Source of the DNA: a virus
Taxonomy: Duplodnaviria > Caudoviricetes
Length of the DNA: 30,018 nucleotides
Virus record (IMG/VR): IMGVR_UViG_3300020173_000039
Location: 1 to 30,018 of that record
Direction: 5' to 3' (one strand)
The notes beneath the pieces were generated by a model. It saw only the letters and a list, made by a program, of their open reading frames with translations, was not told the DNA's origin and made no database searches. Positions 9,535 to 17,461 of this stretch are shown one piece after another. How positions within the stretch are numbered: position 1 is the first letter of the stretch; each line of letters starts with the position of its first letter. The position numbers were made by a program, and so were the translations under genes.

Positions 9535-9848
9535 TACATGAGCTCCACGTTAAAGCACTGGGCACTATAACCATTGGAATACGCTAAGCGATCCTCTTCA
9601 TTCATTGTGATGAGCTGGGAGTGGTTGAAGTCCGTGCGGAAGTGGTCTATCACACAGCTACACTTGCGGATGGCTTCCTGCAGTGCCAGCTGCTGAGGCA
9701 TCCCCATTTCCAAAAAGCTCTGCTGCATATTGTTCGCACAGCTGTACACCCATGTTGCGATGAATAAAGTTTTGTACTCCAGCTCTTGCGCAGGAGCTGG
9801 GCTGCAACTCAGCAGCAGCAGCCCTATGGCAAGTACGAGCTTTTTCAC
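9534..9848 (-). CDS. Exported Cys-containing hypothetical protein
   Basis: Likely GTG start at 9848 gives MKKLVLAIGLLLLSCSPAPAQ (signal or lipoprotein peptide); 104 aa with a CSC motif. The longer ORF call overlaps the endolysin. Confidence 0.55.
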   Translation of the reverse strand: MKKLVLAIGLLLLSCSPAPAQELEYKTLFIATWVYSCANNMQQSFLEMGMPQQLALQEAIRKCSCVIDHFRTDFNHSQLITMNEEDRLAYSNGYSAQCFNVELM

Positions 9849-10219
9849 TAGTAGCTCCAAATGGTTTGTGGGTTTGTGCGAGAGTCCACGTGGATGAATC
9901 TGGACTCTATAGCGCCTTTTTGACTTATGCCTACGGACATGCCCATTGAGGTCGCTAGGTTCACCAGCTCCCAAGCATCTGGGCCCCAGAGGAGTACGTC
10001 TGCTGCCATCCCCTTGCTGTGAAAGCCTGGGTGCAATTTAGCTTTCTCAATGGGGTGGAGCTCTTTGGAGCGATAGGCAGAGCTGATACGCATAGGCTTG
10101 CCAAATTTTTTGCGTAGCTCCACAAGTTTTTCCATGAAGCCTTCATCCATCTCGCACTCGTTTGAGTACTTGCAAGCCAGCTCCTGACGCTTGAAAAAAG
10201 GATAGTCTCTATCGCTCAT
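9848..10219 (-). CDS. Endolysin, peptidase M15 family
   Basis: ISSAYR, FHSKGMAADV and FIHVD supply the H-D-H Zn ligands of M15. Start at ATG 10219 overlaps the upstream stop. Confidence 0.85.
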   Translation of the reverse strand: MSDRDYPFFKRQELACKYSNECEMDEGFMEKLVELRKKFGKPMRISSAYRSKELHPIEKAKLHPGFHSKGMAADVLLWGPDAWELVNLATSMGMSVGISQKGAIESRFIHVDSRTNPQTIWSY

Positions 10220-10509
10220 CGCTTGTTCTCCAGTACAGCTTTTAAGAGGGTTGTCTGCTCTGTAAGGCATGCTCTTAAATCACCTAGTATTTTATTACTC
10301 TCAGAAATTATTCCTCTAAGCGCCTCGTCTGAAGAGGTATCCTTGCGCATCCATTCCAGCCTCTCTTCTTTGTGCATCTGGTCAGCAGTAGTGCGCTCCT
10401 CACGATGAGACTTCGTAATGAATTGAATGTACCAGAAGCAAGCTATCAAGGAGCCTAAGCCTGCGCCTAAGTCGGATACTAATTGAATGATACTGGAGCT
10501 TTCTGGCAT
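10216..10509 (-). CDS. Putative holin-like single-TM protein
   Basis: 97 aa; N-terminal hydrophobic helix then a charged coiled coil; immediately upstream of the endolysin. Confidence 0.5.
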   Translation of the reverse strand: MPESSSIIQLVSDLGAGLGSLIACFWYIQFITKSHREERTTADQMHKEERLEWMRKDTSSDEALRGIISESNKILGDLRACLTEQTTLLKAVLENKR

Positions 10510-10517
10510 AGCGGTAC

Positions 10518-10736
10518 TCAGCTACTCACGTTATCAATGTTGATGGTGTTATTATCACTACGGTTATCCGTACCCTCTTCAATGTAGGCATCAGAGTCTG
10601 CTTTGGATTCAGAGTCTGATTGTATGTTGATATTAATCTCTATGGGGTTGGCTTCACTATCGTTCCCCTCAGAAGCTGGGTAGTCTGTGCATGCCCAAAC
10701 GATTAGTACAAAGATGGCTATGACGATGTAGTTCAT
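10518..10736 (-). CDS. Small acidic putative lipoprotein
   Basis: MNYIVIAIFVLIVWAC (hydrophobic leader ending in Cys) followed by an acidic Ser/Asn-rich tail; 72 aa. Confidence 0.5.
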   Translation of the reverse strand: MNYIVIAIFVLIVWACTDYPASEGNDSEANPIEININIQSDSESKADSDAYIEEGTDNRSDNNTINIDNVSS

Positions 10737-11074
10737 TGGGGCATCTCAGGCCATGTCACGTTAATCAAATTGCCCTGCTCATCTAGGGCAACATTGGTGC
10801 TATTGCTTGGGAGATCCCTCAAGGCTTGTCGATAGTCCAATTGGGCTTGGGTTGGTGTTCTATCTGGTAGTACCCACCAATCCGTAGCAGTGATAAGGCG
10901 TTTACGTTCTAGTCTTAAAAGACGCAAAGGTTCTGCTGCTTTTATTTCTTCAGCTTTAAGAAGGACTTCATCTTTATTAGCATCCCCTTTATGAATAGTA
11001 ATCTCACCTGTTTCTGGAGAATAGCTAAATTCCAAACCACTAAATGATTTTAAAGCTTTTAGTGTATAGTCCAT
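10733..11074 (-). CDS. Tail fibre assembly chaperone-like protein (paralogue 1)
   Basis: C-terminal LRLERKRLITATDW..YRQALRDLP..VTWP is the typical phage tail assembly chaperone signature. Confidence 0.75.
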   Translation of the reverse strand: MDYTLKALKSFSGLEFSYSPETGEITIHKGDANKDEVLLKAEEIKAAEPLRLLRLERKRLITATDWWVLPDRTPTQAQLDYRQALRDLPSNSTNVALDEQGNLINVTWPEMPQ

Positions 11075-11076
11075 TC

Positions 11077-11835
11077 TTAATTACCTCCTAACTCTAATAC
11101 AATAAATGGATTGTTAAACACGTGAGGCGCTCTATATTGGAATCCCGTTGATCTAACAGCAGCATCAATTGTAAATGCTGTACTGGTAGCAGGTTCATAA
11201 TAATAATTTAAATTTAAAAAGAACCCCATATCATTATAACTTACGTTATATAAATAAATAGCTGAAATTGTGTCCTGAATATATGCTTGAGTTCCAAGAC
11301 CATTGTCTTTTATTAAAGATCCCTTTAATTGAGCATCATTTCCGGTATCAATATAACCACCAATTCCACCAATAATTAAATAGCTATAGCTAGTTTGTGG
11401 ATTAGGAATTGAAACACTATAAACAATTTTATTTGATGTAGAATTTGTAATTGTTGTATCTGTTGCAGTACTATCTATATAAATATTTTTTATAATTTTC
11501 CCAGGAAACACCACCCCACTATCTATACTCACAACATTATTCGTCTCACTCAGGACATTATTGCCAGCACTATCAGTAATCGGCAACGCCACTAGTGCAT
11601 TATCTGCTTGCCTCATTACTACCGCTAGTACATCTCCAGCAGCCGCTCCCGTGGTTAGCGTTACGTCAGCACCATCAAAGCTGAAGTCGCTATTAGCCAT
11701 CTTCACGCCATTGAGGTAGCAATCGCAGTAGCCTACGGTTCCTCCAGTGGTATTGAATACGGATTGGTTAGCTGTGGCTAAAAATTCTTGTCTGCTTTCC
11801 GTAGCAGCTGGAGTAGGTATTGCTCCTATATACAC
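11077..11835 (-). CDS. Fibre/appendage tip protein with AT-rich variable C-domain
   Basis: 252 aa; MYIG start, FLATANQSVF and YLNGVK repeat typical of phage fibres; beta-rich C-domain after SGVVFP; followed by a chaperone. Confidence 0.65.
   Translation of the reverse strand: MYIGAIPTPAATESRQEFLATANQSVFNTTGGTVGYCDCYLNGVKMANSDFSFDGADVTLTTGAAAGDVLAVVMRQADNALVALPITDSAGNNVLSETNNVVSIDSGVVFPGKIIKNIYIDSTATDTTITNSTSNKIVYSVSIPNPQTSYSYLIIGGIGGYIDTGNDAQLKGSLIKDNGLGTQAYIQDTISAIYLYNVSYNDMGFFLNLNYYYEPATSTAFTIDAAVRSTGFQYRAPHVFNNPFIVLELGGN
11502..11520. repeat. 19-bp direct repeat, copy 1 (CAGGAAACACCACCCCACT)
   Basis: Identical to 14561-14579; encodes SGVVFP; coincides with an abrupt GC-to-AT transition. 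Confidence 0.9.
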
Positions 11836-11847
11836 TTTACCTCATGT

Positions 11848-12534
11848 TTATACATTGTTATTACTTCCCCTCCTGAGCATTCCCAGAAGGTCATCATCTT
11901 CTAAGCTGTAGGTTCCTCTGTTGTAGATGCTCTTGGCTTGGTTGGGTTGAGGCACTATAACTTCATTGATGTCTTTGTCATGATGAATTATTAAAGCATC
12001 TGGAGTTTTATTAGGGTTTGTAAGTCGATAAGTTTTTTCTACATTGTCGTACCAAGCTGGGTTTTCTGCTTTTAAATTAACTGGGTAGACAACTCCACCA
12101 TTACTATCAGCATAACTACTGGCATATTCTGGCTTAGGTGTAAAAAACGATCCCATTCGCCAGCTATGTAAAGGAATATTCCTATTGCTTGATAACCTAT
12201 CCCTAAACCATTCAAGCGCTTCTTCTGGTGTCCTTTGTTGGCTACCACCTAGTTTAAAAGCTTTAAAAGCTTTTGGGGAGCCGTGGTAAAAAACCAAGGG
12301 CTCACCAAATTCATCTACCATCTTGCTACTGCCAAACCAATTAGCAAAGTTCTGCTCTCGCTCTGGGCCCCTTACAAACGTAGGAGCTTCCACTGTGCTT
12401 GGTGTGAGCAGCTCCCCTAGTAGGCCTCCAGCCTTACGGGAGATGCCCGTAGCAGCTGCACCTAGTAGGCTCAATGGGTCTAGTTCATCTGGTGTCTCTT
12501 CCAGCAACCCTTGCTGGTACTCTAATTTCCTCAC
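11848..12534 (-). CDS. ADP-ribosyltransferase-like protein (ART-PolyVal type)
   Basis: NFANWFGSSKMVDEFGEPLVFYHGS, GSFFT..YASSYA, VYPVNLKAENP, EVIV..PNQAKSIYNRGTY match the motif series of phage polyvalent-protein ART domains. Confidence 0.75.
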   Translation of the reverse strand: MRKLEYQQGLLEETPDELDPLSLLGAAATGISRKAGGLLGELLTPSTVEAPTFVRGPEREQNFANWFGSSKMVDEFGEPLVFYHGSPKAFKAFKLGGSQQRTPEEALEWFRDRLSSNRNIPLHSWRMGSFFTPKPEYASSYADSNGGVVYPVNLKAENPAWYDNVEKTYRLTNPNKTPDALIIHHDKDINEVIVPQPNQAKSIYNRGTYSLEDDDLLGMLRRGSNNNV

Positions 12535-12677
12535 TTTTTCTTAGGCTTTGCTGTTTTTGCTGCCTTGCGAAACTGCGCAGCTGTAGGAGCTCCCTTGCTC
12601 CCAGGCTTGCGCATTTTCTCTCCACTACCTGCTTTGATACGAGCACGCTTTTTGTGGATGTTTCTATACAAGCTCAC
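12531..12677 (-). CDS. Tiny basic protein (48 aa, not in ORF track)
   Basis: Translated by hand: MSLYRNIHKKRARIKAGSGEKMRKPGSKGAPTAAQFRKAAKTAKPKKK. GTGA overlaps at both ends fill the gap exactly. Confidence 0.8.
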   Translation of the reverse strand: MSLYRNIHKKRARIKAGSGEKMRKPGSKGAPTAAQFRKAAKTAKPKKK

Positions 12678-12802
12678 TTTTTCTTCCCTGGCTTGTAGCT
12701 GGCTTTCATCTTCATGGGCATACCTGCGGCCTTGGCTGCTGCTTTGGCTTTCTTCATTCCTGCTTTGTTGTAGCTATACTTCTTTCCACCTACCATTGGC
12801 AT
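12674..12802 (-). CDS. Tiny Lys/Ala-rich basic protein (42 aa)
   Basis: MPMVGGKKYSYNKAGMKKAKAAAKAAGMPMKMKASYKPGKKK from ATG 12802; no acidic residues. Confidence 0.7.
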   Translation of the reverse strand: MPMVGGKKYSYNKAGMKKAKAAAKAAGMPMKMKASYKPGKKK

Positions 12803-12821
12803 ATGCTTATCTCTATTACTG

Positions 12822-13079
12822 TTAACAATCCCACTTGCGTCTACTCCAGTAATTAGCACTCAGCTTACTGGTCTTGCCCTTGATACCTCCGCTCCTGGCA
12901 CAGTAGCTTTTCTTACGAGCTGGTTGGTCTTTCTTAATGCTCATGTTGGCATCACCAAAACGCACGAGCTTCACGGTATCGCCTTCCTTCGCTAAGACCT
13001 CAAATTTTTTGCCACCAGAGGAACTTCTGCGAGGTTTGTTATAACCAGGGTAGCTCTTGCCTCTATACTCTACTGGCAT
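12822..13079 (-). CDS. Small basic conserved phage protein
   Basis: 85 aa; KLVRFGDANM, RKKSYCARSGGI, SANYWSRRKWDC resemble a widespread uncharacterised phage family. Confidence 0.7.
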   Translation of the reverse strand: MPVEYRGKSYPGYNKPRRSSSGGKKFEVLAKEGDTVKLVRFGDANMSIKKDQPARKKSYCARSGGIKGKTSKLSANYWSRRKWDC

Positions 13080-13324
13080 TAGAGCTCTTGGCTGGCTACA
13101 TGTTGCTCATACGCTTCAATCACCTCTGGCGTATGTACAGCCGTAATCACTGCAGCAACTTTAGCGTCATTACTTGTCTCGCCTGGAGAGACTACATAGC
13201 GATGATAGCTTTCGCTAATCTTCACTCCATCCTCAAGAACTTGAATGGCCTCTCTGACTTGAATGTGAGAGTAGGGGCCAACAATTTCCACCTTATCCGT
13301 AACTGTTTGTTTTGTTAGTGACAT
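13079..13324 (-). CDS. Small fibre-associated (chaperone-like) protein
   Basis: 81 aa from ATG 13324: DKVEIV..IQVR..EDGVKISESYHRYVVSPG, a type usually found after DDYEEGTWTP fibre domains. Confidence 0.6.
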   Translation of the reverse strand: MSLTKQTVTDKVEIVGPYSHIQVREAIQVLEDGVKISESYHRYVVSPGETSNDAKVAAVITAVHTPEVIEAYEQHVASQEL

Positions 13325-13325
13325 A

Positions 13326-13763
13326 TCACCCTTCAATTAAATAAGTTCCAGAAAATTCCCAAATAAGATATGTTGTATTACTAGTATAACCTTGGTCACT
13401 ACTAGGTATATGAAGAGCAATAAAATTAGTTCCTGGAGCAATCCTAAATTGACGATCTGCACTATCCCCATCCATGTAAACTCTACATTTATCTAAACCA
13501 GCCTTTATAGAGCCATAATTTGCATGAGTAAATGGTAAAGAACATTGCCATTGCCCAGATCCTCCTGAAAACCCGTTAAAAGACACTGCACCTTCAACAT
13601 GTACCATACTCCCAATTTTAGTATAGCTCCCTAAAGCCTCACTTGAAGATGGAGTCCCAGAAGGGTTAGAAGTTGCTCTTGTAACTACAGGTGTCCAAGT
13701 CCCCTCCTCATAGTCATCCAGCCCATCTGGTACTAAATTCGCTAATAGTCTCGCATTACTCAT
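13326..13763 (-). CDS. Stand-alone fibre tip domain protein
   Basis: 145 aa; LDDYEEGTWTP, GSYTKIGSMV and SLPF motifs of phage fibre C-terminal domains; AT-rich after WTP. Confidence 0.7.
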   Translation of the reverse strand: MSNARLLANLVPDGLDDYEEGTWTPVVTRATSNPSGTPSSSEALGSYTKIGSMVHVEGAVSFNGFSGGSGQWQCSLPFTHANYGSIKAGLDKCRVYMDGDSADRQFRIAPGTNFIALHIPSSDQGYTSNTTYLIWEFSGTYLIEG

Positions 13764-14082
13764 AGCTGGGCCACGTTACGTTTGTTAGATTTCCGTTCTC
13801 GTCTAGTTGTGGGTCTGCTGTGCTTGGTAGATCCCGTAGGGCTTGTCGGTATTCGATTTGTGCTTGCGTCATGACTCTATCGCTTACTGCCATCCAATCG
13901 CTCTGGGATAGCTTTTGGTTGCGTTGTTGGCGTAGTAAGCGTAGGGGTTCGGCAGCCCACCTATCTGCAAATTCTGGTTCTGTTGGTAGGATCTCTTTCC
14001 CACTGTGTTTAATTATCGGTATCTGAGAAGAAAACTGATGATTATCTAATTGATAATAATATAAACCGTCTGGATGTCTCAT
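13756..14082 (-). CDS. Tail fibre assembly chaperone-like protein (paralogue 2)
   Basis: AAEPLRLLRQQRNQKLSQSDW..YRQALRDLP..LDENGNLTNVTWP is nearly the same C-half as 10733-11074; the N-half is unrelated. Confidence 0.75.
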   Translation of the reverse strand: MRHPDGLYYYQLDNHQFSSQIPIIKHSGKEILPTEPEFADRWAAEPLRLLRQQRNQKLSQSDWMAVSDRVMTQAQIEYRQALRDLPSTADPQLDENGNLTNVTWPSYE

Positions 14083-14651
14083 TCGCTTACTCTAAAAATT
14101 TGAACTTGCAAAACCTCTTCATTCGTTACGTCATTGTTTCCATTACCTAATCCATCGGCCGCTTTCGCAGAATCAACGATTGTAAAAAACCCAAAACTTC
14201 GTTCACTGCCCCCTCCCGTTATTTCTGCTGCTCCTACTACTAATTTTGTAAATAAAAAAGAGGAGGTGGTGCTATTTTCAGTAGAACCAGTGTGTGCAGC
14301 ACTTCCTGAACTTATAAAACTAGTACCTGAATCATCGCTAAGTCTAACAATGTGTCTATCTGATTTTAGTGCTGGAGCAATTGCTTGTAAAACATACGAC
14401 CCAGACTCGTCAAATGTTATTTCATTTGAAGTAATCGTTATTGGACAGTTAATTTGATATTTTACAGTATTTAATGATCTCAATGTATATGAGGTACTAC
14501 TACCCCCTGCAGCCCCATCATTTACATCGGCCAAAAAAGCTATACCAATTACTACACCAGCAGGAAACACCACCCCACTGCCAATCGTTCCAGTTGAGCC
14601 AGTGAGGCTTACTAAGTTGTTTTGCCTACGGTTCCCGATATACCCAGCCAT
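14079..14651 (-). CDS. Fibre/appendage tip protein with AT-rich variable domain
   Basis: 190 aa; MAGYIG leader, SGVVFP junction, beta-sandwich-like C-domain; followed by a chaperone. Confidence 0.65.
   Translation of the reverse strand: MAGYIGNRRQNNLVSLTGSTGTIGSGVVFPAGVVIGIAFLADVNDGAAGGSSTSYTLRSLNTVKYQINCPITITSNEITFDESGSYVLQAIAPALKSDRHIVRLSDDSGTSFISSGSAAHTGSTENSTTSSFLFTKLVVGAAEITGGGSERSFGFFTIVDSAKAADGLGNGNNDVTNEEVLQVQIFRVSE
14561..14579. repeat. 19-bp direct repeat, copy 2
   Basis: CAGGAAACACCACCCCACT identical to 11502-11520, same orientation and frame. Confidence 0.9.
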
Positions 14652-14953
14652 TATGGTAGCTCCAGTAAGCTTATGTGGATATTGACGCTACTAGCAGCAG
14701 AGCTGGTAGCTTCAACGATATCGTTGGCATTGAGCACAAGCTTGCCATCAAGAGCGCTAAGTGATGAGCCTACGGGGATCACTACATCCTTGACGATTTC
14801 TGTTGTACTACCACTTGGCCCAATTTTCACCGTAGCTGTGACCTGGGCTGCACTCTTGTTGGTTAGGAGTAGGCCAATGAGTACACTATCATTTGTAACA
14901 GCTGTATAGCTGCCATTGCCCACTTCAAAGCTTTGTCTCTGGAAGTCACTCAT
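14651..14953 (-). CDS. Small beta-rich virion connector protein
   Basis: 100 aa; IVKDVVIPVGSSL..KLVLNAND pattern; follows a gene ending FAIALG, a recurring pairing in aquatic phages. Confidence 0.55.
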   Translation of the reverse strand: MSDFQRQSFEVGNGSYTAVTNDSVLIGLLLTNKSAAQVTATVKIGPSGSTTEIVKDVVIPVGSSLSALDGKLVLNANDIVEATSSAASSVNIHISLLELP

Positions 14954-14955
14954 AA

Positions 14956-16134
14956 TTATCCTAATGCGATAGCAAAGGTGATTGCGTCAGTGTTTGGATA
15001 GCCCTTGACCATCCTGTCAAAACCTGTGTTGAGGCTAGGGTTTTCTGTTTCGCTGGCAAGGATGGTTCTTGTCGCTACCCAAGCACTCTGGTCATACTCT
15101 ACGACACTTCCTACGTCATACGCTCCCTGAGCCCATGTGCCCTCCCAGAGGAAACCCCCCACAATTTTCTCCCAAGCTGTTTGAGCTCCATTGGTAGGAC
15201 GTTGTGCGTCACTGGATGTGTGATCCAGCACGCACAAGAAGCCAGCTCCATTGTGGTTCACTACATCCCCTACAAAGTAGTCTACGCTACCAGCACTCCA
15301 AGCCCCTCTGCCTCCAATGCCTGAGCTGATTTTTGTCCAGTAGCTGGTCGCAATTCTGGGATTGCTCTGAGATACCGCATACTGGGTACACTTCCAGAGC
15401 CCATTCCCATAGAGCACAGTATCTCTGGGGTAGTACGTGGTGTTTGCTGTCCAAGCTCCTAAGCTGTTCTCTCCTTCAATGAGCGTGGTGTAATCGCTAG
15501 GGTCTGTCTGGGGATTGTTGCTGGTGCTGTTGAGGTTGGTCAGCACAATATAAACGGAGTTGCGGAACCTGACGATGTCACCTTTCTCATAGTCCACATT
15601 GTTGCCTGCCAAGAGCTCCACCACACTAGGCCCATTGAAGCCAAAGCTAATTAAGTCCCATTTTGCTGCCGTAGAGGTTGGAGTCTCGCCAGCAAAGACA
15701 CTTTGGTTCGCCCGATAGGTAGAACCCCGATAGATGACCACATCTCCAGCTGTGTAGGTAGCTAGTGCGTTATAGTCTCCAATGTAGACTCCAATGCCTG
15801 CTGCAATGACAGACCAGAGGTTATTGTTGTCTGGGGCTCCTGTGCCTGCTGCAATGGGTTGCGTGTTCGCATACGCACTACCTCCATAGGTCACCACACT
15901 GTTTGGGGCATAGCCTATGTTTTGCCAGCCTCCCAAAAAGTTCAGCCCTGCTGCAACCAGCGCCCACTCGTTAGTGCCTGTGCCAGGGGGGTTGGCTACA
16001 GAGCTCGTATGGTTCTGGATACACGTGTAGTAGCTTCCGTTGTATTCCACGAAATCCAGCACCTCAAAGTCCAGAGCTGTGCTCCAGGTGCGTTTTTTGG
16101 GCATTACTCGCCCAAGGTTCAGTGCTAGTGGCAT
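14956..16134 (-). CDS. Fibre protein with tandem carbohydrate-binding-like (CBM5/12-like) repeats
   Basis: 392 aa; about seven ~50-aa units W-x4/5-Y-x3-D-x-V-x-Y-x-G-S-x-Y...W; ends AITFAIALG. Confidence 0.7.
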   Translation of the reverse strand: MPLALNLGRVMPKKRTWSTALDFEVLDFVEYNGSYYTCIQNHTSSVANPPGTGTNEWALVAAGLNFLGGWQNIGYAPNSVVTYGGSAYANTQPIAAGTGAPDNNNLWSVIAAGIGVYIGDYNALATYTAGDVVIYRGSTYRANQSVFAGETPTSTAAKWDLISFGFNGPSVVELLAGNNVDYEKGDIVRFRNSVYIVLTNLNSTSNNPQTDPSDYTTLIEGENSLGAWTANTTYYPRDTVLYGNGLWKCTQYAVSQSNPRIATSYWTKISSGIGGRGAWSAGSVDYFVGDVVNHNGAGFLCVLDHTSSDAQRPTNGAQTAWEKIVGGFLWEGTWAQGAYDVGSVVEYDQSAWVATRTILASETENPSLNTGFDRMVKGYPNTDAITFAIALG

Positions 16135-16135
16135 G

Positions 16136-17461
16136 TCATCCTGTTAGAATAAAATCACCATCTGTATTAATAAATGCAGTCTGACTACTGAAGCCTCCGG
16201 TGCTGTTCATGATGAGGGAGCCACTCACTGGGTCTACCTCAAAGCCTGTGATGATTCCAAAGCTATTGATGAGGCCACCAGAGCCATCCCCACCCTCTAT
16301 CACTACACTGCCCCAACCCATTGCAATGCCTAGCTCTTGGAGCTGTATCTTGCGCTGCACATTGTTGGAACGGTCATGCACCATCGCATAGTCATTGCCT
16401 GCGATGTTGGCTCCTGTTATTTCTGTTTCGCTATTGATGCTGAAGGTTGGCAGGTTCACCGTGTAGCTGGTTCCATCTGCCAGCTCAAACACTGCTCTCA
16501 GTGGGTCAGAGGTGTCTACGTCAATGACTCCATTGGAGCCCGTGTAGAGCGTAGTGAAGTCAGCAGGGCTGGAAGGAGTCCCAATGTTTGCCAGGAAAAC
16601 ACTACTGGCATCCAGGCTGTTGGGTGTGACAACGCCATTAATACTGTAGGGGTAGTCATTGACTCCAGCTCCTCCAGCGGAGCCAGCATTCTCAATGACA
16701 AACAAATCCCCTGGCTCTACGTCTTGCGTGTTGAGGAACATGTCAGCGTACTTGGTCACCCGTGTAACTTTGTTTTGCCGCTTCCACCGCAAGCCATAGT
16801 TGTCATCGTTGTAGAGTACCTTGTCTGCATCAGCAGCTGTAGGAGCTGGCGCTAGGACATGTGTGCCTACGATATGCTGAGGCTGTATCTGGTCATCAGC
16901 GATGTGCGTTCCAATAACTGCATCATCTGCTATCTGGGAAGTGCCAACAGCATCTGTCTGGATGTGCCTGCTTGCTACAGCATTGTTGGAAATGGCATCA
17001 CTCGTCACGGCAGCAGTCTCAATGGCAAAAGCTGTGACGCTATCCTCTGCCAACTTCTCATCCGTTACTGCACCAAAGGCAATGTATGCGGTCACTACGC
17101 TGCCGTTGGTCAGGCTCACACCAGAACCTCCCCCTGAGCCTCCAGAGGACTGTAGTGTGCTGATGGCTAGCTCTGCCTGACTAATGCGATCCCCAAGGGA
17201 GGTGATGCTCGTGTCCTGCGCAGAGTCATCCTGCTGCAGGGCACTGATAGCGCTCCCCTGAGCTGTGACGGTAGCGCTCACATTGCTCAAGCTCACACCA
17301 GTGCTGGCTATGCTTGCGGCAACTCCGTCCACCCGTTGGTCAAGGTTGTTGAGCTCTACATCAATGCGCTGGCTGTTGAAGTTGAGATATGTACCCCATT
17401 GGTTTTCATCTCCGTTAACTGCTGGGAGATAGAGGTTATAGTTGGTGGTTTGTGTTGCCAT
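16136..17461 (-). CDS. Tail fibre protein 2
   Basis: 441 aa; N-terminal anchor TTNYNLYLPAVNGDENQWGTYLN, coiled coil, then 10-residue IADDAV-type repeats. Confidence 0.7.
   Translation of the reverse strand: MATQTTNYNLYLPAVNGDENQWGTYLNFNSQRIDVELNNLDQRVDGVAASIASTGVSLSNVSATVTAQGSAISALQQDDSAQDTSITSLGDRISQAELAISTLQSSGGSGGGSGVSLTNGSVVTAYIAFGAVTDEKLAEDSVTAFAIETAAVTSDAISNNAVASRHIQTDAVGTSQIADDAVIGTHIADDQIQPQHIVGTHVLAPAPTAADADKVLYNDDNYGLRWKRQNKVTRVTKYADMFLNTQDVEPGDLFVIENAGSAGGAGVNDYPYSINGVVTPNSLDASSVFLANIGTPSSPADFTTLYTGSNGVIDVDTSDPLRAVFELADGTSYTVNLPTFSINSETEITGANIAGNDYAMVHDRSNNVQRKIQLQELGIAMGWGSVVIEGGDGSGGLINSFGIITGFEVDPVSGSLIMNSTGGFSSQTAFINTDGDFILTG

Noticed and set aside
9849-9974. N-terminal extension of the 146-aa ORF (and similar extensions of the endolysin, portal, 84-aa and 61-aa ORFs)
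   Set aside because: The extensions overlap upstream genes; internal starts give coupled junctions and, for this ORF, a proper signal peptide.
10733-14651. Diversity-generating retroelement or invertible shufflon
   Set aside because: No reverse transcriptase or invertase in the window, no long TR/VR pair differing at adenines, and the 19-bp repeats are direct with all cassettes co-oriented.
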